Below, piece after piece: positions 25,887 through 35,200 of a DNA stretch of 64,000 bases (position 1 is the first letter of the stretch; every line of letters starts with the position of its first letter). A program made the translations under genes and the position numbers. Under the pieces are notes generated by a model that had not been told where the DNA came from, did no database searches, and worked only from the letters and a program-made list of their open reading frames with translations. Where the stretch lies: assembly GCA_041752695.1 (NCBI GenBank), contig JBGSVZ010000028.1, positions 11,299-75,298 on the forward strand. The letters are read 5' to 3'. This DNA is from Terrimicrobiaceae bacterium. Its GTDB lineage: Bacteria > Verrucomicrobiota > Verrucomicrobiia > Chthoniobacterales > Terrimicrobiaceae.

Positions 25887-27254
25887 CTATTCCCGCTTGT
25901 CTGCCGCGGATCGAGCGGAATCACCCGCGGGTTTCCGCGGGGCGGCAAGCGAGCGGACGTAACGATCCATCGCGGGTTTCGGATGCGCGGCGAAACCGGC
26001 AAAGACGCAGAAAATGACGGACCCCGGACCCGCCAGCCAGTTCCCGGCAAACAGCGCGACGGCCCCGGTGACAAACAGGGCTTTAAACATCATCATCGAC
26101 TCGCCTCGGATGCCGAGCTTTTCGAAAATGCGCACCTGTTTCCAGAGCAGATAAAACGCGTAAAAAAAGCACGCGCCGCCAATCACGCCAAAGGAGAATA
26201 GAATTTCGAAATAACCGTTGTCGCCGATGGCCGCCTCGGAATCTGCGCTCCCGGTATTAACCCGCCCGGCTAGTCCCGTCGATCCGAGACCTGTGCCGAG
26301 AGGGTTTTTCAGCAACGCCCCGACGCCGTAATTGGCGATGGCAATGCGGCCCTTGAATGAGCCGTCCTCGGTGATGTTGCCAATGCTGGAAAGCCGCTCA
26401 CCCACCTTGCCCGAACTGGGGGTGCGGTTGAGAATGGTATTGCCCGCCACCGCGGCGACGCAGAGCAGGACGATGATTTGGATGGTGTTTTTGCCGCGGT
26501 TGAGCACGGGAAACATCACGGCCGCGAGTCCGATTGTGATGATGGCTGTGCGCACAAAGGTGAGCAAAATCGTGGCGAGAATGATCATGACCGAGATCCA
26601 GCCTAGGGTGTTGCGCCAGCGTTTCGAAACGATCATGGGAATGACCGCAAAGGCCAGAAACCCAGCCAGAACACCGCGTTCGCTCATCGTCGAAAAGACC
26701 ACCATCTGGGTGGGCTTGAGCTGGCCCAGATACCCTTCGAAACCCACGGCCCGCACCCAGAAGGCATCCCAGGCCGGGATGGTGTAATATTGATACCACC
26801 CGTAGAGGCTCACCACGACGGCCGCCCAGCCCACCGATCTCACCCAACGATCGAGAACCCGCTCGTTGCCATTGGCGATGGCTGCGCAGCCAAGAATGGA
26901 AAGCGGCGCCACGTATTCCGCCAGGGCGTAGACGGCGGCGAATTGATTGCGCACCAGCCCCACCAGAAAACCGATGGCCAGCGCGGCGGTGAAGAATTTG
27001 AAAATTCGCTGCAAATAGCCGGGCAGGCCCTGGTAGTTTTGCAGCACCATCAGAAAGACAAAGCCCGAGATGATCAGCGGCGTGAGGCTGATCGGAGAAA
27101 ATGGATTAAACGCCCCGGCCACCCAGTCCATGTACCGTCGGATGCCCCGGTTTAATACCGTGACCCAGACCAGGTAATCAATCAGCCAGCTGGAATTGGT
27201 CAGGTAAAAATAGGCCGCTGGCGCAACAAGCAGCAGGGCGACGAACCAATCCAT
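25887..27254 (-). CDS. O-antigen ligase/polymerase (Wzy_C) family membrane protein
   Basis: Multi-TM; LTFVRTA, DGSFKGR, NPLGTGLG, DNGYFEILFSFG. True start MDWFV at 27254; the longer ORF is an antisense shadow of the NRPS gene. Confidence 0.82.
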   Translation of the reverse strand: MDWFVALLLVAPAAYFYLTNSSWLIDYLVWVTVLNRGIRRYMDWVAGAFNPFSPISLTPLIISGFVFLMVLQNYQGLPGYLQRIFKFFTAALAIGFLVGLVRNQFAAVYALAEYVAPLSILGCAAIANGNERVLDRWVRSVGWAAVVVSLYGWYQYYTIPAWDAFWVRAVGFEGYLGQLKPTQMVVFSTMSERGVLAGFLAFAVIPMIVSKRWRNTLGWISVMIILATILLTFVRTAIITIGLAAVMFPVLNRGKNTIQIIVLLCVAAVAGNTILNRTPSSGKVGERLSSIGNITEDGSFKGRIAIANYGVGALLKNPLGTGLGSTGLAGRVNTGSADSEAAIGDNGYFEILFSFGVIGGACFFYAFYLLWKQVRIFEKLGIRGESMMMFKALFVTGAVALFAGNWLAGPGSVIFCVFAGFAAHPKPAMDRYVRSLAAPRKPAGDSARSAADKRE

Positions 27255-27398
27255 TCCGCGAGAGTTAATCAGGAAAGACGAACGGTGAAAATCGCGAAGC
27301 CAGTTTTTTCGCACGAGCGCCGTCGGGCCACCCTGACCACACACTCGTGTCGACGACGCTTTACAACCTGTTGCAAAAACCGATATTTCTCGGCATCC

Positions 27399-29264
27399 AT
27401 GCTCACCGCTCTTCATCCCATCCTGGCTTCCGGCCGCGGTCGCGAGCGGGACGATGGTGGCTGGAAAAGTTTCCCGGTTCGCGTGGCGGAGGTGGCAGTT
27501 CAGTTCCCGCAGAAAACCGCGGTCATTGCCGGGGAGAACTCCTGCACGTTCGCGGAGCTCGACCGGATGGCAAACGCCGTCGCGGCGCGGTTGATGGCGA
27601 TGGGCATTGTGCGGGGCGATTTGGTGGGGCTGTGTGCCGGCCGCCGCTTGGAAACCGTGGCCGGCTTGCTTGGGATCTTGCGCAGCGGGGCTGCCTACGT
27701 TCCGCTGGATCCGGCTTTCCCGCCGGACCGGCTGGCCGTGATGATCGAGGATTCCGGATTGCGGGTCGTGGTCACGCAAAGCGATCTCCACCATGTGGTC
27801 GGCCCGCGCGACGTGGTCTTCCTCGATTTGGATCAACCGCTCGGCATGGCGCCATCGGATTTTGTCGCGCCGGAATGTGGACCGGAGGACCTGGCTTATG
27901 TGATTTACACGTCCGGCTCCACCGGACGCCCCAAGGGCGTGCAAATTCCGCATCGCGCGGTGGTGAATTTTACGCTGTCCATGGCGCGTGAACCGGGCAT
28001 GACCTCCACGGATCTTCTGCTCGCCGTGACGACCTTTTCTTTCGACATGAGCGGACTGGAAATTTTCCTGCCCCTGGCCACCGGAGCCACGATGGTGCTC
28101 GCGAGCGAGGAAATGCGACGGGATGGACGCCTGCTTGCGACGGAGATGGAGCGGGTTGGTGTCACGGTGATGCAGGCCACCCCTGGAACATGGCGGATGC
28201 TGCGTGAGACGGGCTGGGAAGGCCGTCCGGGGTTGAAAATCCTCACCGGGGCGGAACCCGTGGCGCGCGCGCTGGTCAACGACTTGTCCGGCCGCTGCGC
28301 TTCGCTGTGGAATCTCTACGGGCCCACTGAGACCACGATCTGGTCCACGCTCGTGCAGCTGGAGGCGGGTGAAGGTCCGGTGCCGATTGGATGCCCGATC
28401 GACAACACCCAGGTTTCCATCGTTAATCCCGCCAACGAACCCGTCCCGAATGGCGAAGTTGGGGAATTGCTCATCGGGGGGGACGGTGTGGCGCTGGGGT
28501 ATCATCAGCGACCGGAACTGACCGCAGAAAAGTTCGTACCCGATTTTGCGAAGCCGGACAGCGGCCGGAAGGTGTATCGCACCGGCGATCTGGTGCGCTG
28601 GAAAAACGGAGTGTTGGAGTTTGTCGCGCGCGTGGACCAGCAGGTGAAAATTCGTGGCTTTCGCATCGAACTCGGGGAGATCGAAAGTCTGATCGAACTG
28701 AACGCTGGAGTGCGCCAGGCCGTTGTTGTCGTGCGTGAAGACCCCTCCGGTTCGCCCCGGTTGGTGGCCCATGTGGCCGGTGAGGTGGATCTGGCAGAAA
28801 TCAAACGCCGTCTTGTCGCACAGTTGCCCGATTATATGGTCCCCACCGCTTTGGTGCGGGCGGAGACGTTTCCGCTGACGGCGACGGGCAAGGTGGACCG
28901 GGCTCAATTGGCGCGCCTTCCGGTGACGGAACCGGTTCGGGTGTTTGCCCTTCCGGGCACCGCCCTGGAAAAGGTGCTCCAATCCATTTGGGCAGATGTG
29001 TTGGGTCGCGAGGATGTGGGGTGTGAGGACAATTTTTCCGATCTCGGTGGTGATTCGATTCAGTTGGCGGTCGTCCACGCTCGCGTCTCTGTGGCGGTGG
29101 GGCGCGCGTTGCCGATAACGGACTTGTTTGCCCAGCCTTCCATTCGCGCGCTGGCCCGTCATCTGGAGGCAGCGGCTCCGACCGGCCACGACGATGTCCG
29201 CTCGCGGGCCATAAAACAGCGTCAGGTCTTGGCCGCGCGTCATCCCTGCGTGGTGCGACGATGA
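27399..29264 (+). CDS. Stand-alone NRPS loading module A-T (predicted Gly-activating)
   Basis: YTSGSTGRPKGV, NLYGPTETT, YRTGD, QVKIRGFRIELGEIE, GKVDR; carrier motif LGGDSI; hand-read specificity code DMLQLGLIWK; alternative start at 27285. Confidence 0.93.
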   Translation: MLTALHPILASGRGRERDDGGWKSFPVRVAEVAVQFPQKTAVIAGENSCTFAELDRMANAVAARLMAMGIVRGDLVGLCAGRRLETVAGLLGILRSGAAYVPLDPAFPPDRLAVMIEDSGLRVVVTQSDLHHVVGPRDVVFLDLDQPLGMAPSDFVAPECGPEDLAYVIYTSGSTGRPKGVQIPHRAVVNFTLSMAREPGMTSTDLLLAVTTFSFDMSGLEIFLPLATGATMVLASEEMRRDGRLLATEMERVGVTVMQATPGTWRMLRETGWEGRPGLKILTGAEPVARALVNDLSGRCASLWNLYGPTETTIWSTLVQLEAGEGPVPIGCPIDNTQVSIVNPANEPVPNGEVGELLIGGDGVALGYHQRPELTAEKFVPDFAKPDSGRKVYRTGDLVRWKNGVLEFVARVDQQVKIRGFRIELGEIESLIELNAGVRQAVVVVREDPSGSPRLVAHVAGEVDLAEIKRRLVAQLPDYMVPTALVRAETFPLTATGKVDRAQLARLPVTEPVRVFALPGTALEKVLQSIWADVLGREDVGCEDNFSDLGGDSIQLAVVHARVSVAVGRALPITDLFAQPSIRALARHLEAAAPTGHDDVRSRAIKQRQVLAARHPCVVRR

Positions 29265-32200
29265 GTTTGCCGTTGGACGCCATTGCGATTGTCGGCATGT
29301 CGGGACGTTTTCCCGGCGCGGAAGATGTGAACGCCTTTTGGAATAATCTCGCGGGGGGCCGCGAGACCATTACGCGTTTCCCCGAAGAGGAGACGGAATT
29401 TTCCATGGCTACCGCGGCCGCCCGGGCCAAGGGCGCGACGTTCGTACGCGCCCGCGGAATCCTCGAAGGGGCCGACCTTTTTGACGCGGAATTTTTCCGA
29501 ATCCAACCCCGGGAGGCCGAGATCATGGACCCCCAGCACCGCATTTTTTTGGAGTGCGCCTGGGAGGCAATCGAATCGGCGGGCTATAACTCGGAAACCT
29601 ATCCGGGGCTCATTGGAGTTTATGCGGGTTCAAGTCTCAGTTCCTATCTGCTGAGCAATCTGAACCAGACTCCGGAGGCCCTCGCAAAATTTGCCGGCGG
29701 GTATCCGGTCGGGGATTTTTCGACCATGCTCGGCAACGAGCGGGATTACTTGCCGACCCGCGTGGCTTACAAATTAAATTTGCGCGGTCCCAGCATGGCG
29801 ATTCAAACCGCGTGCTCGACGTCCCTCGTCGCGGTCTGCCAGGCCTGCACCGCATTGCAGGCGTATCAGTGCGACATGGCGCTGGCCGGCGGTGTCTCGG
29901 TCACCTTCCCGCAAAAACGCGAATACCTTTACGAAGAAGACGGAATGATTTCGCCCGACGGTGTCTGCCGCAGTTTCGATGCGGAAGCCCAGGGCACAGT
30001 CTTTTCCCATGGCTCTGGTGTGGTGCTGCTCAAGCGGCTGGCCGACGCGGAGGCCGCTGGGGACACGGTGCTCGCAGTCATTCGCGGTTATGCCCTGAAC
30101 AACGACGGTTCGGAAAAAATCGGCTTCGCCGCGCCAGGCCTTCACGCTCAGGCTTCCGTCATTGCCTCCGCCCAGGCCCTCGCGGATGTCGATCCCGCGT
30201 CCATTTCCTATATTGAGGCCCACGGCACGGGAACGCCGCTGGGTGATCCGATTGAGGTTGCCGCGCTCACCAAAGCCTTCCGCGAGGGCGGCAGCAGCGG
30301 CACGGGATTCTGCGCCCTCGGTTCTGCCAAGACTAACGTTGGGCATCTGGATGTGGCCGCCGGGGTGACCGGTCTGATCAAGACGATCCTGCAGCTTCGT
30401 CACGAATTCATTCCGCCGCTTCTGCATTTTCGTTCGCCGAATCCACGGATTGATTTTGTGGGCAGTCCCTTTTTTCCCGCCGATCAGCCGCGTTCGTGGC
30501 CACGTGCCGGGGCACCGCGTCGCGCCGGGGTGAGTTCCTTCGGCGTGGGAGGCACCAATGCGCACGTCGTGATCGAGGAGGCCCCGGAGGTTTTGCTCAA
30601 GGCTCCGGCGCGTCGATCTCAACTTCTCTTGCTCTCCGCGCGTTCCCCCGCCGCTTTGCAACGGATGTCCGAGCGATTGGCTTATCATTTGGAAGACCAG
30701 CCGGGTCTGGATCTCGCGGATGTTTCTTTCACGCTGGCCGTCGGCCGCAAGGCTTTCGGATACCGCCGTGCCTTGGTCGCAGCCAGTGTGGCCGAGGCGA
30801 TCCGGGGCCTGCGGGAATCTGGTACAGGCATCGTCTCTTTGCCGGAAAATCCCAATCGTGCCGCGACGGATTTGCTGGCCGCGCTGTCGACCGCGGTCGA
30901 TCCGGCGCCTTTGCAGGCCTTGCTCGGTGACCTTTGGGTGGGGGGAGCCTCTCCGGATTGGACGGTCTATTTCGCCGCGGAAAAACGGCGGAGAGTCCCT
31001 CTGCCGACCTACCCGTTTGAACGGAAACGGTTTTGGGTGGAACCCGCCTCCAAAATGATCGAGGAGATCGACGGGCCGGCTTTCGAGGAGGAACCCGCTC
31101 CGGCAGGCGATCGCCGGACTCCGCTTTTGGAAACGCTTCGAGACCTGGTGGAGGAACTCTCCGGGCGGATGATTGAGGAAGACGACACATCCTTCAATGA
31201 ATTGGGTTTTGACTCTTTGTTGCTCACGCAAGTGAGTCAGGCGGTTTTCACCCGCTTCGGCGTGAAGGTGAGCTTCCGGCAGTTGCTGGGCGATGTTTCC
31301 AGTCTCCGGATCTTGGCCGACCACATCGATGGGAAACTTCCAGCCGACGCTCCGACCCAGCAACCCGTTCCGGGAAAGCCGGGTTCCCGTCTGCCCGTCG
31401 TGCGCTGGCCGGGAACTGCCGGACCGGCGCTGGTTGCCAGCACCCGTTTCGGACCCTACAAATCCCTGCAGCGGGAATCCGGCGACCTCACCGACCATCA
31501 GCGCAAGGCGCTGGACGATCTGATCGCACGCTATGTTCGCCGTACGGCCGGATCCAAAAACTGCACAGCGGAAAACCGCGCGCACTTCGCGGACCCACGG
31601 GCTGTTGCCGGATTTCATCCGCTCTGGAAGGAGATGGTGTATCCCATCGTCGCAGATCGTTCCAAGGGCTCGACGATCTGGGACATTGACGGCAACGCCT
31701 ACGTGGATCTCACCATGGGATTTGGCACGTATTTTTTCGGCCATTCTCCCGACTGGCTGGTGTCCGCCGTGCAAGCGCAATTGCAAAAGGGCATCGAAAT
31801 CGGCCCGCAGTCCGCCTCCGCTGGAGCCATCGCGCGGGACATTTGCGAGTTCACCGGCCAGGAACGCGTGACCTTCTGCAACACGGGTTCCGAAGCAGTG
31901 ATGGCCGCGCTTCGTCTGGCGCGCCTGGCCACAGGACGGACCCGGGTGGCGTGCTTTACGGGTGACTATCACGGCATGTTCGACGAAGTGTTGGTGAGGG
32001 GTTCCTGGGTGGATGGCGAGTACCGCGCCCAACCCGTTGCGCCCGGGATTCCGTCCTCCCTGGTGGAAAACATGCTGGTACTCGACTATGGCACGCCGGA
32101 AACGTTGGACATCCTCCGGCGACATGCCGGAGAACTGGCGGCCATCCTGGTCGAGCCCGTGCAAAGCCGGCGTCCTGATTGGCAGCCACGGGAATTTCTG

Positions 32201-35200
32201 CAGGAATTGCGTGCCCTGGCCACCCGCTCCGGTGCGGCCCTGATTTTCGACGAAGTGGTGACGGGTTTTCGGTGTCACCCCGGCGGCGCGCAGGCGTTGT
32301 TTGGCGTGCAGGCGGATCTTGCCACCTATGGCAAAGTTCTGGGCGGGGGAATCCCCATTGGCGTGGTGGCGGGCAGCCGGAAGTTCATGGACGGCCTGGA
32401 CGGAGGCGACTGGAAATACGGCGATGACTCGGGACCGGAGACCGGGATGACATTTTTTGCCGGGACCTTTGTGCGGCACCCCCTGGCCATGGCGGCTGCC
32501 CGTGCCGTGCTCCTCCACCTTCGCGAACAAGGCCCGGGGCTGCAACTGCGCATGACCGAACGCACCGCGCTCCTGGCGCGGACGCTAAACCAAAACTTCA
32601 CCGTGGCCGGGGTCCCGCTGCATATGCCGCATTTCAGCGCGGTGGCCGGCCTCGAATATGCGCAGGAACTGCCCCACGCCAGTCTGCTTTGGTATTATCT
32701 CAGGGAAAAAGGCCTTCATATTTGGGAAGGGCGGCCGATCTACCTGACCTCCGCGCACACCGACGCCGATTTTGACCGCGTCGTATCTGCCTTCCGGGAC
32801 AGCGTCGGCGAAATGCAGGACGCCCATTTTCTTCCTGCCGCCCCAGCACGAGAGGCGCTTGGGATGGCCGCCGAATTCCCCCGCGTGGACCGGTCTCCCA
32901 CCACGGAGGCCCAGCGCGAGATCTGGACGTCCGCGTCGATGGGCGACGATGCCAATCGCTCGTTCAACGAGGCGATCACGCTCACCTTTACCGGGCCTCT
33001 CGATCGGCCGACCCTGGAAAACTCCCTCCTCCATATTGTGCAGCGGCACGAGGCTCTGCGAAGCACCTTCAGCGCCGATGGGATGGAACAGATTTTTTAT
33101 CCAGCCCCAGAGAACGTCGATCTGCCGATCACCGATTTGCGCGCCCTTTCAGCGGCCGATCGGGAGTTGCGCCTGGCCGCGGAATGTGCCCTCTGCACCG
33201 CGCACGTTTTTGACCTGACTAATGGGCCGCTGCTTCTGTTGCGGCTCATCATTCTTGAGGATCAACGGCTTGTTCTCCTCGTCACGGCGCATCATCTGGT
33301 TTGCGACGGCTGGTCTCTTGGCATGATCGTCGAGGAATTAGCCCTCAGCTACAACTCCGGCAAGGCGTGTCGTCTTCCCATGCTGCCGCCTCCGCTCCCG
33401 TTCGGAAATTACGCCCGGGCGCTGCGCGGGCCGCAGTCGGAAAATCAGAAGGACCGCGATTATTGGATTTCCCTTTTTGCGGATGGCACTCCGACATTGG
33501 AATTGCCACTCGACCGCCCGCGTCCCGCCCTTAAAACCTATGCCGGTGGGATGGAAACACTCGTGGTTGATGCCGGTCGGTTCGCCCGCCTGCAAAAGGC
33601 CTCCCCGCGACTGGGAGGCACCCTGTTTTCGACTTTGCTAAGTGTCTTTGCCACCCTGCTCCATCGCCTGAGCGGACAGAACGATCTCGTCATCGGCGTG
33701 CCTTCGGCCGGACAGACTCTCGCGGGCTCCCGGGAATTGATCGGTCATTGCCTGAACTTTCTGCCCCTGCGATTGCGCTGCGAGGAAGGTCAGGCTTTTC
33801 GGGCGTTTGCCGAGGCCGCCAGTCGCGTGGTGATCGAGGCTTACGAGCATCAAAATTATACCTTTGGCAGTCTGGTCCGGGAATTAAGGTTGCCCCGCGA
33901 CGCCAGTCGACTGCCGCTGGTCTCGGTGATGTTTAATATCGATAAATCCGGCTTCGACCGTCTTTCTTTTGATGGGCTGGATTTTCGGGTGGGCACCAAC
34001 GCCAAACAGTTTGTTAATTTTGACCTCTTTTTCAATCTCGCGCAAAGTGACGATCGACTGGAGGTCGAATGTGAATACAATACGGACCTGTTTGATGCCG
34101 CGACGATCCAACGCTGGCTCGCCTCGTTCGAGTCGCTCATCGAAGGGGTGCTCAACGACGGGGCTTCCACCCTCGAAACATTACCTGTCCTCAGTGAGGC
34201 CGAAAAGGACATGTTGGCCGGATGGAACGCAACGACCTGCGGATGTCCGGGTGATCGTGGAGTCCATGAACTGGTGGCCTCCATGGCGGCGGCCCTTCCC
34301 GACAAAACCGCCGTGCGCTGCGGCTCCTCGTCGCTGAGTTATCGCGACCTTGATCAAGGCGCCAATCGCCTCGCGGCACATCTGCAGTCCGTGGGCGTTG
34401 CTTCGGGCGATCTCGTGGGACTTTGTGCGAAACGCTCGCCAGAGATGGTTGTTGGGCTCCTTGGCATCCTGAAAGCCGGCGCGGCTTATGTTCCCATGGA
34501 CCCCGACTTTCCCGCGCAGCGGCTGGGCTTGATGGTCGAGGATACCCGGATGCGCGTGCTGGTCACCGAGAGAGACCTCCTGGATCAACTCTCCCCGCAC
34601 CACGCGCTCACTGTCTTGCTCGACGTTCCCCTGGCAGAACCTCCCGCGGACTTTGCTCCGGTCAGCGTTGGAGGCGAGAATCCGGCCTACGTTATTTTCA
34701 CTTCGGGCTCGACCGGGCGTCCCAAGGGCGTGCGCATCCCCCATCGCGCCTTGGGGAATTTCCTCACCTCCATGCGGTGCGAACCGGGACTGACCGTCGA
34801 CGACACGCTGCTCTCCGTCACGACTTTGTCTTTTGATATTTCCGGTCTGGAAATTTTCCTGCCCCTGACGACCGGTGCCACGGTGGTCCTTGCAGCGCGG
34901 GAAACTGTCATGGATGGTTACCTTTTGCGCGACGAGCTTGCGCAGAGTGGGGCCACCGTAATGCAGGCCACCCCGGCCACCTGGCGGCTTTTGCTCGAAG
35001 CAGGATGGCGCGGGGACAAAAATCTCAAGATTCTGATCGGCGGTGAGGCGGTCCCCCGGGAACTCGTCAATCAGCTTGTGCCCCTCTGCGGGTCACTTTG
35101 GAATCTCTACGGCCCAACGGAAACCACCATCTGGTCCACGGTGGCGCGAATGGAATCCGGTAATACACCCGTTCGGATCGGGCGACCCATCGACAATACG

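Noticed and set aside
27255..29243. 5' two-thirds of the 1118-aa minus-strand ORF, suggesting a giant O-antigen ligase fusion
   Set aside because: It is the antisense shadow of the NRPS A-T gene. Protein-like sequence starts only at MDWFV (27254).
29774..32545. 923-aa antisense ORF within the PKS-NRPS, and similar long antisense ORFs over WYL, hisS, aspS and wzt
   Set aside because: Long stop-free antisense frames are expected with high-GC codon bias, and these carry no recognisable motifs.
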